A DNA stretch of 63,145 nt. Source: an uncultured Candidatus Saccharibacteria bacterium. Its GTDB lineage: Bacteria > Patescibacteriota > Saccharimonadia > Saccharimonadales > Saccharimonadaceae. Location: positions 1 to 63,145 of the forward strand of contig CAYRNS010000001.1 of assembly GCA_964425805.1 (NCBI GenBank), read 5' to 3'. The notes beneath the pieces were generated by a model that saw nothing but the letters and a program-made list of their open reading frames with translations, was not told the DNA's origin and did no database searches. Made by a program: the position numbers and the translations under genes. Shown here in pieces: positions 49,368 to 58,875 of this stretch (positions are counted from its first letter, which is position 1; each line of letters starts with the position of its first letter).

Positions 49368-50051
49368 TTAGGGGAAGAAAAGTGTTAAGATTGCTTGAAC
49401 GAACAGCACGAGCGACAGCGAGTCGAGTCTGTCGAAATATCCGCCATGCCCGCTTCTGCCGCCAAGTAACCCCTCGACAAAGCGCACCAACGGATTTTCA
49501 GACTCAAGCAGAAAATCATTCGAGTCTTTTACGCCGAACCGACGTTTGAACACGCTTTCGAGTAAATCGCCGACAAACGCCACTGGCGCCATCCAGAGAA
49601 AACTCACATCGTGCGCCCAAAGCATAGTGACGATCATTCCGAGCATCACCCCGCCAAAGCATCCCTCATAGGTCTTGTTCGGTGACAGTTTTTTCGGCAA
49701 ATGATGCTGCCCAATCGCGTTTCCGATTAGATATGCGCCGACGTCAGTTGCGACACTGGCAACTACCGCCGTGCCGAGCAACTGGATTGAGATACTCGTC
49801 AGCGACATCGCCGCTACGATTAGTGCGACCCCAAGGAACATCGCCAGCGAGAGGTCTCTCCCGCTCGGGAAAAACCTTGTCTCCGTGCCGACATTTGCCA
49901 TCTCTAAAATCGCAATCAGGAATCCAACTCCGAGCAGAATTTTCAGTATAATCCCGTCAAACAGTAAATACGACGGGACCATAACCGCAATGAGTCCAAC
50001 AGAAACCAGCAGTCTCGTTTTGAACCCTTTCGATTCCAAGAACTTACGCAC
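49368..50051 (-). CDS. cdsA: Phosphatidate cytidylyltransferase family protein
   Basis: DVGAY, SPNKTYEG, GDLLESVFKRRFGVKDS, GHGGYFDRLDS; GTG after GGAGGAG. Confidence 0.85.
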   Translation of the reverse strand: MRKFLESKGFKTRLLVSVGLIAVMVPSYLLFDGIILKILLGVGFLIAILEMANVGTETRFFPSGRDLSLAMFLGVALIVAAMSLTSISIQLLGTAVVASVATDVGAYLIGNAIGQHHLPKKLSPNKTYEGCFGGVMLGMIVTMLWAHDVSFLWMAPVAFVGDLLESVFKRRFGVKDSNDFLLESENPLVRFVEGLLGGRSGHGGYFDRLDSLSLVLFVQAILTLFFP

Positions 50052-50202
50052 GTTCACTCCTCCTTTGTAAAGAACATCCCCCAACTGACAAAACTATAAC
50101 AGATATTTACAAAAAACGCAAATAGATATATAATATATGTATTATTAATTCATGTTGGGAGAGCCAAACGCTCGCTATCACCACAGAAAGGATTCCAAAC
50201 TT

Positions 50203-51129
50203 ATGGCTGAAGATGCCAAAGCACTCAAAGACGAGACTGTCGTCGAAACTCCGGAAACCGAAGCTGTCGAAGCTCCTGTTGAGGAAGAAAAATTTGCCAA
50301 ATCCGGCAAAAAGTCTAAAAAACATATTGAAGAGGTCAAAGCCGAAGAGGAGCGCCAAGCTCGCAAAGTTGAGCGCGCTGCTGAAGAGGCCGAAGCCGAA
50401 AAGAAGCCTAAGGGCGAAAATCCTGTCACTCGCCCGCTCATCGAGCGCCGTGGCAAAAACTATCGCAAAGTTTACGAAAAAATCGAAAAAGGCAAGGTCT
50501 ATCCTCTCGCCGAAGCTATCAAGCTCGCCGTCGAGACTAACCCTGTGAAATTTGACGCCACCGTCGAAGCTCACGTCCGCCTCGGTGTTGACCCGCGCCA
50601 AGCTGACCAAAACATCCGCACCACTGTCGTTCTCCCGAACGGCAACGGTAAAACCGTCCGCGTTGCTGTTTTTGCACCGCTTGACGCCGCTAAGAAAGCT
50701 AAAGAAGCTGGCGCTGACATCGCCGAAGATGCCGAATTCTTGAAGCGCCTCGACAAGGGCGAAATCGCTTTTGACGTCCTCATTTCCACTCCGCAATATA
50801 TGCCGAAGCTCGGCAAATACGCCCGCATGCTTGGTCCTAAAGGTTTGATGCCGAACCCGAAAGCCGGCACCGTTACCATGGACCTCGAAAAAGCCGTCAA
50901 AGAAGCCAAAGCTGGCAAAGTCGAATACCGCGTCGACAAACAATCCATCGTCCACATCGGTCTCGGCAAAGTCTCCTTTGGCGCCGACAAGCTCCTTGAG
51001 AACGCCAATATCTTCTTCGATTCTTTGAAAGCTCAAAAGCCAGCATCCTTAAAAGGGAACTACGTCAAGTCCGTCTTCGTCACGACTACTATGGGTCCTT
51101 CTATCGCCGTAGAGAACCTCTATAGCTAA
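50203..51129 (+). CDS. rplA: 50S ribosomal protein L1 with charged N-terminal extension
   Basis: KFDATVE, LGPKGLMPNPKAGTV, TTMGP. Confidence 0.97.
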   Translation: MAEDAKALKDETVVETPETEAVEAPVEEEKFAKSGKKSKKHIEEVKAEEERQARKVERAAEEAEAEKKPKGENPVTRPLIERRGKNYRKVYEKIEKGKVYPLAEAIKLAVETNPVKFDATVEAHVRLGVDPRQADQNIRTTVVLPNGNGKTVRVAVFAPLDAAKKAKEAGADIAEDAEFLKRLDKGEIAFDVLISTPQYMPKLGKYARMLGPKGLMPNPKAGTVTMDLEKAVKEAKAGKVEYRVDKQSIVHIGLGKVSFGADKLLENANIFFDSLKAQKPASLKGNYVKSVFVTTTMGPSIAVENLYS

Positions 51130-51244
51130 TCCCGAGAAAACGAACTCAAAAATCTCCGTCAAGCAGCGGGGATTTTTCTTGTCTCAGATGTCCGCCACAA
51201 CATAATACCGACCATATCATAATGTCTGATATAATATAATATAT

Positions 51245-52015
51245 ATGCCAGCGAAGAAGAACAAATACAAGTCCCGCCAAGTCGGAGGCGTTCTCGCCCT
51301 CCTTGCCGTCGCTCTCGGCGTCATCCTGCTCAACCCTAATTCTTACGAAACCGTCTACGTCCCCACTAACAATGCCGACAGCACCGCCAACTCCGCCGCC
51401 TCCGGCAACGCTGAGCCTCTCGGCGCTTCAACTTCAAACGACCAAACCCTCGCCATCAACGTCCTAGAAACTTTAGAGATCAAAGGTCGCGCCCCGAAGA
51501 CCGGCTATGACCGCGAACAATTCTACAAATCCTGGCCTACCATCGACGGTTGCAGCCTAAGACAACGCATCATTAAACGCGAAGTCGGCGACTCCGCCGT
51601 CATCGATAGTAGCGACAACTGTACCGTCATCTCTGGCGAATTTGACGAACTCTACACTGGCTCCCACCTCGTTTTCTACCAAAAATCCGACTTCACCAAA
51701 GGCATCCAAATCGACCACGTCGTCGCCCTCTCCGACGCTTGGCAAAAGGGCGCCCAAAACCTCACCGCCGACGAACGCTACCAGCTCGCCACCGACCCTT
51801 TGAACCTCCTCGCGGTCGACGCCAAGACCAACCAAGGCAAATCCGATGGCGACGCCGCCACCTGGCTCCCACCCAACAAATCTTTCCGTTGCACTTACGT
51901 CGCTCGCCAAGTCAGCGTCAAATCCAAATATCACCTTTGGGTCACAGACGCCGAAAAATCCGCCATCAAGAACGTCTTAAAGAACTGTCCCAATGAACCG
52001 GCGATAGGTGTATAA
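51245..52015 (+). CDS. Membrane-anchored HNH endonuclease (DUF1524-like)
   Basis: GYDREQF, QIDHVVALSDAW, NLLAV....N..K.D, WLPPN. Confidence 0.85.
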   Translation: MPAKKNKYKSRQVGGVLALLAVALGVILLNPNSYETVYVPTNNADSTANSAASGNAEPLGASTSNDQTLAINVLETLEIKGRAPKTGYDREQFYKSWPTIDGCSLRQRIIKREVGDSAVIDSSDNCTVISGEFDELYTGSHLVFYQKSDFTKGIQIDHVVALSDAWQKGAQNLTADERYQLATDPLNLLAVDAKTNQGKSDGDAATWLPPNKSFRCTYVARQVSVKSKYHLWVTDAEKSAIKNVLKNCPNEPAIGV

Positions 52016-52022
52016 TAGGTAT

Positions 52023-52436
52023 ATGAAAAAGAAAAAACAGCCCGCTTCTGTCTCCGTCAACCGCCGCGCCCACTTTGACTACACGCTCGGCGACGAATTG
52101 ACTGTCGGCATGTCTCTCACCGGCCCACAGGTTCGCCTCATTCGCGACCACCACGTCCAGCTCAAGGGCTCTTTTGTCACTATTAGAAACAACGAACTCT
52201 GGCTCAACAACCTCACTCTCGGCGCCGACACCGCCCCGAACATCCGCCTCCTCGCCACCAAGAAACAAATCGCCAGCCTCGCCCGCGAAAAAGTCGCCGG
52301 CAGCACCATCGTCCCCGTCAAACTCCTCGGTGGCGGTCGCCACATCAAACTCGTCATCGCTCTCGGCAAAGGTAAGAAAAAATACGACAAGCGCGAAACC
52401 ATTAAAAAGAGGGACTTCGACCGTGGCAGATATTAA
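52023..52436 (+). CDS. smpB: SsrA-binding protein
   Basis: NRRAHFDY, TIVP, GKGKKKYDKRETIK. Confidence 0.93.
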   Translation: MKKKKQPASVSVNRRAHFDYTLGDELTVGMSLTGPQVRLIRDHHVQLKGSFVTIRNNELWLNNLTLGADTAPNIRLLATKKQIASLAREKVAGSTIVPVKLLGGGRHIKLVIALGKGKKKYDKRETIKKRDFDRGRY

Positions 52437-53280
52437 AATCTTCTCTTGGAACATCAACGGCCTCCGCGCCGTCCTTAGAAAAGGCGCCCTCCAACAATTC
52501 CTCAAAGACTACCAGCCCGACATCCTCTGCCTCCAAGAAATCAAATGCAAGCCCGACCAACTCGACCTCTTCGAATTCGACGCTTTAAAAGATTACGAAA
52601 TCTTCTGGAACCCCGCCGAACGACCAGGTTACAGTGGGACTGCAGTTTTGGTCAAAAAGACTCGCCATAAATCTTTCGAAACCGTGTCCCGGATTTCTCA
52701 CGAGAAATCCGAAGTGAGCGAAACCCGCGACGGCGGGCTTGAGCGAACGGGGTTGAGAAAGATTGGTGACGAGGCTTGCAATGAAGGCAGAATTCTGACC
52801 CTTGAATTTGAGAAGTTTTATTTAATAAATGTCTACACCCCGAACAGCAAACCCGATCTCTCTCGCCTAAGTCTACGCCACGACACTTGGGATCCGGAGT
52901 TCAAAGACTACCTTAAAGAACTAGAAAAAACCAAGCCCGTCATTACTTGCGGCGACTTCAACTGCGCTCACACAGAAATCGACCTCGCCCGACCAAAAAC
53001 CAACCACCACAACGCCGGCTTCACCGACGAAGAACGCGAGGGTGTCACGAACTTGCTTAATGCCGGCTTCCTCGACACTTTCCGCGAAAAACACCCTAAC
53101 GTCCAGAGATACACTTGGTGGTCGCACTGGGGCAAAGCCCGCGAAAACAACGTCGGCTGGCGCATCGACTACTTCTTCATCAGTAACTCGCTCAAAAACC
53201 GCTTGAAAGACGCCGAAATCTACGAGTCCATCACCGGCTCCGACCACTGCCCAATATCAATCACCATGGAGGAAAATTAA
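52423..53280 (+). CDS. xth: Exodeoxyribonuclease III (with internal insertion)
   Basis: SWNINGLRA, LQEIK, GYSGTA, EGR, GDFN, GWRIDY, GSDHCP; GTG start. Confidence 0.95.
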   Translation: MADIKIFSWNINGLRAVLRKGALQQFLKDYQPDILCLQEIKCKPDQLDLFEFDALKDYEIFWNPAERPGYSGTAVLVKKTRHKSFETVSRISHEKSEVSETRDGGLERTGLRKIGDEACNEGRILTLEFEKFYLINVYTPNSKPDLSRLSLRHDTWDPEFKDYLKELEKTKPVITCGDFNCAHTEIDLARPKTNHHNAGFTDEEREGVTNLLNAGFLDTFREKHPNVQRYTWWSHWGKARENNVGWRIDYFFISNSLKNRLKDAEIYESITGSDHCPISITMEEN

Positions 53281-53281
53281 A

Positions 53282-54097
53282 ATGCCCGCAAAAACCGCCC
53301 CCGCTCCCTATTGGGACAAAAAAGGCAACGAATCAAAAGCTGCCGAAGACCTCGCTTGGAACTTCCCCGAACAAAAACAAGGCACCGTCTCCATCATCGG
53401 CGGCAATCGCGAAGCTTTCTCGACCGAAGTCAAAATCGCCGACTACCTTTTCAAACATTTCCCGATGATTAAGGAGGTTAAAAATCACCTGCCCGACTCA
53501 CTCAAGAGAAAACTCCCGCCGTTCGAAAATCTCAACTTCTGTCCCTCGACCGAAACCGGTTCTTTCACGCCGTCCAACGAGCTCACTGCCTCTATCGTCG
53601 GCAGCGACATCGTCATAGTTTCTGGCGACCTCTCGAAAAACTCCCTCACCACGGTTGCCATCTCCCGTCTGATTCAGTTCGCCACCGAATCCACCCAATT
53701 CATCCTCACTCGCGACACGGTCGACCTCGTCAAGGACGAAGCTTTCTCTTTCATCGAACGCGACGGTATCTTCCTCGTCGCCTCCCTCGCTCAACTGCAA
53801 AAACTCTTCCGCGCCCTCTTTTACCCCCGCCCAATTTTACTTAGCTCTCCCATCTTTCCCATCATCGAAACTCTCCATAAGTTCACTTTAAGTTACCCCG
53901 TATCGCTCATCACTTTTCACGAGGGAAAAATCATCTGCGCCTCGCGTGGCGACCTTGCCACTATCGACATCGCCACGACGGAATTCACGCCACTTTCACT
54001 CTGGTCTGGCGACCTTGCCGCTCGCCTTGCCGCTTTCGCTATGTTCAACCCGAAAAAACCACTCGACGCCATGGTTGCTGCGGTCAATTATAAGTAG
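53282..54097 (+). CDS. Divergent ribokinase-fold / NnrD (YjeF C-terminal)-like protein
   Basis: G.V.IIGG near N-terminus, SGDL; weak motifs. Confidence 0.45.
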   Translation: MPAKTAPAPYWDKKGNESKAAEDLAWNFPEQKQGTVSIIGGNREAFSTEVKIADYLFKHFPMIKEVKNHLPDSLKRKLPPFENLNFCPSTETGSFTPSNELTASIVGSDIVIVSGDLSKNSLTTVAISRLIQFATESTQFILTRDTVDLVKDEAFSFIERDGIFLVASLAQLQKLFRALFYPRPILLSSPIFPIIETLHKFTLSYPVSLITFHEGKIICASRGDLATIDIATTEFTPLSLWSGDLAARLAAFAMFNPKKPLDAMVAAVNYK

Positions 54098-54112
54098 TAT
54101 AATAAAACAATA

Positions 54113-54198
54113 ATATCAAGAAGGAGCTAGGGACCGGCCCGTTGACCTCCTACCAACCTGATTTCAAGGTGGTAATTCCGACCAGAAAGGAAAGATAT
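54113..54198 (+). promoter_or_regulatory. SAM-I (S-box)-like riboswitch
   Basis: ATATCAAGA..AGGGACCGGCCCG.TGA..CCAACC..AAGGTGGTAATTCC..GAAAGATAT directly upstream of metK. Confidence 0.8.
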
Positions 54199-55165
54199 GT
54201 TCTATCGAACCGCGGAGAGCGTCTCTCCGAAACATCCCGACAAACTTTGCGACCAAATTAGCGATGCTATTTTGGACGCTTATTTACAACAAGACCCGAC
54301 CGCCCGCGTCGCTGCCGAAACCTGTGGCGGACACGGTGTCGTTTTTGTTACCGGCGAAATCACCTCCACAGCTAACGAAGTTGACGTCGAAAAAATCGTA
54401 AAGCGCATCACTGACGACCCCAAAATCGAAGTCCACACCAAAATCGTCAAACAATCTCCGGAAATCGCCCAAGGCGTCGACGTGGGTGGCGCCGGTGACC
54501 AAGGTATCATGATTGGCTACGCCTGCGACGAAACCCCCGAAATGCTGCCCAAAGAAGTCGTCATCGCCCGTCGGTTCAACCAATTCCTCTACGCTTACTA
54601 CCCGTTCGATGGCAAAACTCAAGTCACTCTCGACCCCGAGGGCAAGCTCGACTCCGTCGTCGCCTCTTTTCAAAATGCCAAAAAGGCGGAACTCGAATCT
54701 CTCATCAAGGAATTCATCACCGAACACAATCTCAATCAAAACGCCAAAATCATCGCTAACCCCGCCGGCGACTGGAACCAAGGCGGCTTTGAAGCCGACA
54801 CTGGTCTCACCGGTCGCAAGCTCATCGTCGACAACTACGGTCCCCGCATCCCGATTGGCGGCGGCTGTTTCTCGGGCAAAGATGCGACTAAAGTTGACCG
54901 CTCCGCCGCTTACATGGCGCGCCGTGTCGCTGTTGATCATCTTCGCAAGCATAAAGCCCACGAAGTTTTCGTTCGCCTCGCTTACGCCATCGGTCTTGCT
55001 GAACCGCTCGAAAAAACCGTAATTATCGATGGCAAGCCGGAAGAAATTGAGGGCTACGACCTCACTCCCGCCGGCATTATCAAAGCCCTAGGCTTAAGAC
55101 GCCCAATTTACGAACCGACCGCCCGTTACGGTCACTTCGGCGAGGGCTTCGACTGGGACAAATAA
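54197..55165 (+). CDS. metK: S-adenosylmethionine synthetase
   Basis: ESVS..HPDKLCDQISD, GAGDQG, GLTGRK, GGGCFSGKD.TKVDRS. Confidence 0.97.
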   Translation: MFYRTAESVSPKHPDKLCDQISDAILDAYLQQDPTARVAAETCGGHGVVFVTGEITSTANEVDVEKIVKRITDDPKIEVHTKIVKQSPEIAQGVDVGGAGDQGIMIGYACDETPEMLPKEVVIARRFNQFLYAYYPFDGKTQVTLDPEGKLDSVVASFQNAKKAELESLIKEFITEHNLNQNAKIIANPAGDWNQGGFEADTGLTGRKLIVDNYGPRIPIGGGCFSGKDATKVDRSAAYMARRVAVDHLRKHKAHEVFVRLAYAIGLAEPLEKTVIIDGKPEEIEGYDLTPAGIIKALGLRRPIYEPTARYGHFGEGFDWDK

Positions 55166-55285
55166 CCACCCGTCAATACTTGCTAAAACCGAGAAAATAC
55201 TATATAATATAGTACACAAATTCATTAACCATCCATCTCCGATAATTCGTGTCTTGTGAAGTTACGGAGAACGAAAGGAATTAAA

Positions 55286-55621
55286 ATGGCTGACAAAGCT
55301 AAAACCACCAAGGATGAGGGTCTCAAAATTCGCATCCGCCTCAAAGCCTATGACCACCGCGTCATCGACCAAAGTGCTAAGCAAATCGTCGACACCGCTA
55401 TCAGAACCGGTGCCACTGTCTCTGGTCCTGTGCCTCTCCCGACCAAGCGCTCGACCTTTACTGTCGTTAAATCCCCGCACGTCTACAAAACTGGCGGTGA
55501 AGCTTTCGAAATGAAAGTCCACAAACGCCTCATCGACATCTCTAACGCCACCCCGAAGACCATCGAGAGCTTGCAAAACCTCGCTCTTCCTGCCGGTGTC
55601 GACGCCGAAATCAAAATGTAA
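55286..55621 (+). CDS. rpsJ: 30S ribosomal protein S10
   Basis: [29 protein letters not shown]. Confidence 0.97.
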   Translation: MADKAKTTKDEGLKIRIRLKAYDHRVIDQSAKQIVDTAIRTGATVSGPVPLPTKRSTFTVVKSPHVYKTGGEAFEMKVHKRLIDISNATPKTIESLQNLALPAGVDAEIKM

Positions 55622-55674
55622 GCATAAAAAATATGGCTCTTGTAAAAAAGAGCCTATTTTTTTATAATAGAGCC

Positions 55675-56946
55675 ATGAATAAAATAGCGCGTCTTAAGAA
55701 ACGCTTTTATTTTACCGCCGCGGGCTACTTCCGCTTCTTCGCCAACTTCGTGCTTAGACGCTGGAATCCTCGAATCATCGCCATCACTGGCTCCGCTGGC
55801 AAAACCACCATGCTCCACATGGTCGAATATGAACTCGGCAAAGACGCTCACTACTCCCACGACGCCAACTCCGCTTTTGGCGTCTCTTTCGACCTCCTCG
55901 GTCTCAAGGGCATCAAAGGCTCAAAACTAAAATGGCTTCTTCTCGTCTTCGCCGCCCCCATCCGCAGCCTTTATTATAAGCACAAGGAAACTTTTTACGT
56001 CGTCGAAATCGACGCCGAGCGCCCGCGTGAAGCTGGCTTCCTCGCTGAATGGCTAAAACCGGAAATCACCCTCTGGATTTCTCTCGGTCGTTCCCACGCT
56101 GTCCAGTTCCAACAAGAAGTTAAAGACGGCAAGTTCGCCAGTCTCGACCTTGCAATCATGGATGAATTCGCCAAACTCCCCGAAAACACCAAGTGCCTCG
56201 TCTTTATCGACGGCGACAACGACCTCATGTGCCGCGCTACTGAAAACATCCAAGCCCGCGTCAGCAAATTCCACAAAACCGACATTGTCAAATACTCCGT
56301 TTATCCGACTCGCACCGAATTTGGCACCACCTCGACAACTTTCCGCTTTAATTCGCCCCAACCTCGTGACCTCGCGATTCAGCTTCTCATGCTCAAAGAT
56401 TTAATGAAATACCTCAAAATTCCACTCAACACCGACTTCTCCGACATGCCTCTCCCTCCGGGGCGCAGCAGCTTCTTTTATGGTAAAAACGGCATTAAAA
56501 TCGTCGACAGCTCTTACAATGCCCACCTTATCTCTATGCAAAGTATCCTCGCCATGGCACAGGCAATGCGCGCCAGCCACAAGTGGCTCATAATCGGCGA
56601 TATTGTCGACGAGGGTGACATCGAAGAAGAAGAACACAAAAAGCTCGCCGACTTAATTGCTAAAGCAAACCCCGAAGAAGTCATCCTTATTGGCAAACGC
56701 ACCAAGACATACACTGCCCCTCGCCTCAAAGAACTAGGACTTAGCCCGAAAACAACGCTCGACCCGAAGACCGCTTTGAAATACATCGAAAAGCACACCA
56801 ACGGCACCGAAACCTTAATTTTCAAAGGCTCGCAATATCTCGAGTGGATTATTGAGAAACTTCTCGAAAACCCCGCAGACGCCGAAAAACTCTGCCGTCG
56901 CGAATCCGCCGCCATCAAACGTCGCAAAAGCTGGGGGCTAGATTAA
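55675..56946 (+). CDS. Mur ligase family protein (MurF-like)
   Basis: ITGSAGKTT, PGR, DSSYNA, GD, FKGSQ. Confidence 0.85.
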   Translation: MNKIARLKKRFYFTAAGYFRFFANFVLRRWNPRIIAITGSAGKTTMLHMVEYELGKDAHYSHDANSAFGVSFDLLGLKGIKGSKLKWLLLVFAAPIRSLYYKHKETFYVVEIDAERPREAGFLAEWLKPEITLWISLGRSHAVQFQQEVKDGKFASLDLAIMDEFAKLPENTKCLVFIDGDNDLMCRATENIQARVSKFHKTDIVKYSVYPTRTEFGTTSTTFRFNSPQPRDLAIQLLMLKDLMKYLKIPLNTDFSDMPLPPGRSSFFYGKNGIKIVDSSYNAHLISMQSILAMAQAMRASHKWLIIGDIVDEGDIEEEEHKKLADLIAKANPEEVILIGKRTKTYTAPRLKELGLSPKTTLDPKTALKYIEKHTNGTETLIFKGSQYLEWIIEKLLENPADAEKLCRRESAAIKRRKSWGLD

Positions 56947-57716
56947 TGAAACAAATGTCGCACGAAGTTCGCAAGGTCGAACCGAAAAAGCCCGAAGAGC
57001 TCAAAAGCGTTTGGAACGGCGAAGCCAAGACGAAGAATCTCTCAAAATCCAAGACCCTTTACATCGTCCACGGTTGGACCTACACCGTTGAGCCTTGGAT
57101 GAAAACCATCGAACTCCTCGAAAAATCCGGCGTCACCGTCAAAATGCTCAATGTCCCGGGGCTAACCGCGCCGAGCAAACGCGTCTGGACCATTAAAGAA
57201 TACGTCGCCTGGGCAGACAAAAACATCCCCGACGGCGCCATCGCGCTCGGACACTCCAACGGCGGTCGCATTCTTCTCAACCTTTGTTCGAAACAACCAG
57301 AAAAACTCAAAAAACTCATCCTCCTCGACGCCGCTGGCGTTTACGAGCCGTCCAAAAAACGCGACATTTTGCGCAAAATCTCCAAGCTTGGCGCTCCGCT
57401 TAAAAAAGTCGCAATAATCGACAAAGTTTATCACAAACTTATCGGTGCTTCCGACTATCATCGCGCACCGGAGAATATGAAACAAACTCTCACCAATATG
57501 CTCGAGTCCGACAAAGAACTCGTCCTCGCCGCCGTTACGACTCCGACTGCGATTCTTTGGGGCGAAGACGACGACGTCACCCCGCCCCGCCACGCCCACG
57601 TCTTAAAGCGCAAGCTCGCCGACTCCACCCTTAAAATTCACGAGGGCTGGACTCACGCCCCCTACATTTCTGACCCTGTCGGTCTCGCCAAGGCAATTCT
57701 AAAGGAGCTAAAATGA
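56946..57716 (+). CDS. Alpha/beta hydrolase
   Basis: HGW, GHSNGG, WGEDD, H catalytic triad. Confidence 0.88.
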   Translation: MKQMSHEVRKVEPKKPEELKSVWNGEAKTKNLSKSKTLYIVHGWTYTVEPWMKTIELLEKSGVTVKMLNVPGLTAPSKRVWTIKEYVAWADKNIPDGAIALGHSNGGRILLNLCSKQPEKLKKLILLDAAGVYEPSKKRDILRKISKLGAPLKKVAIIDKVYHKLIGASDYHRAPENMKQTLTNMLESDKELVLAAVTTPTAILWGEDDDVTPPRHAHVLKRKLADSTLKIHEGWTHAPYISDPVGLAKAILKELK

Positions 57717-58873
57717 TTTTCTTAGGGTTAGCTTCAAATTACACTGCCAGAGACATCTTGCGGCACTCGTTCACCCTAGGCAAAAAAGAAGATTACGACG
57801 CCCTCGAATCCGCCCTCGCTAAAAGATATAGCTCCGACATCTCGCGCGTCTCGCTCATCTACTCCGGGCGCTCCGCCATCTCTCTCGCTCTCAAAAGCTT
57901 CGTTGATAGCGGCAAAGTGAAACAAGGCGACCACGTCGCGGTCAACAGCTTCACTTGCCACGCCGTCCTCGAAGCCATCAAACACGCGAAGCTTGAACCT
58001 GTCTTCGTCGACCTCGAAAAAGCCGCCAACGGCGAAATTCTCCCCAACTACTCCGCAGAAAACTTGGAAAAACTAGTCAAAAAGGACAAAAACCTCAAAG
58101 TATTCATCTTGCAAAACACGTTTGGCTTTCCGGTCGACATTCGCCAATTTGAGCAAGTCAAAAAAACATACAATCTTCTGCTTCTTGAAGACCTCGCTCA
58201 CTGCGCCGGTCGCAAATATCCCGACGGTAGAGAAATCGGCACCGTGGGCGAAGCCACTTGTCTCTCATTTGGTAAAGGCAAGAGTCTCGACACTACGACT
58301 GGCGGCGCTGTCATCCTCCGCGATGAAATTCTCAGCTTTCCAAAGTCTTTTAGTAAAGCTAATCTAAAGCGCCGTGAATTTGCCGGCGGTCCCGCCTCTC
58401 GTGCTAGCTGGTATCCGTTCCTCGCCGCCATCGCCCGCGGTCTCTCACATCTCCACTTAGAAAAATTCTGGCTCGGCTTTTTGTTAAAAGTCCACGCCAT
58501 CGAACGCTCTGCCGACACCGCACTTCGCGAAGACGCTACTGTCTCCTTTTGGCAAGCCAAGCTCGCCCTGCGCCAACTTAATCAGCTCAAAAACTCCCCT
58601 CTCCGCGAATTTTATATCGTCAAGGACCGCGAAGCCTGCCTCAAAGAACTGAAAAAACATGGCTTCCGCCTCGAAGAATTTTGGTATGAAGTTCCCGTCG
58701 CTCCGGAAAGATATTATAAAAAAGTCAATTTCCCCGAAAAAGATTGTCCGAACACCGTTTTCTTCGCCGAACACGTCGTCAACCTCCCGACATGGTATAA
58801 ATCCACTCGCCACGAAAAAGAAGTCGCCGCCGCAAAAAAAATCATTAAATCCTACGCTCTAAAAGGAAAATAA
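57713..58873 (+). CDS. DegT/DnrJ/EryC1/StrS PLP aminotransferase family
   Basis: SGRSA, EDLAH, SFGKGK, GGA, VNLPT. Confidence 0.85.
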   Translation: MIFLGLASNYTARDILRHSFTLGKKEDYDALESALAKRYSSDISRVSLIYSGRSAISLALKSFVDSGKVKQGDHVAVNSFTCHAVLEAIKHAKLEPVFVDLEKAANGEILPNYSAENLEKLVKKDKNLKVFILQNTFGFPVDIRQFEQVKKTYNLLLLEDLAHCAGRKYPDGREIGTVGEATCLSFGKGKSLDTTTGGAVILRDEILSFPKSFSKANLKRREFAGGPASRASWYPFLAAIARGLSHLHLEKFWLGFLLKVHAIERSADTALREDATVSFWQAKLALRQLNQLKNSPLREFYIVKDREACLKELKKHGFRLEEFWYEVPVAPERYYKKVNFPEKDCPNTVFFAEHVVNLPTWYKSTRHEKEVAAAKKIIKSYALKGK

Positions 58874-58875
58874 TC

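Noticed and set aside
52174-52422. N-terminal extension of xth in the ORF track
   Set aside because: Overlaps smpB; ExoIII homology begins at GTG 52423
55286-55621. rpsJ separated from tuf and rplC
   Set aside because: Real, but ribosomal operon fragmentation is common in CPR; not considered novel
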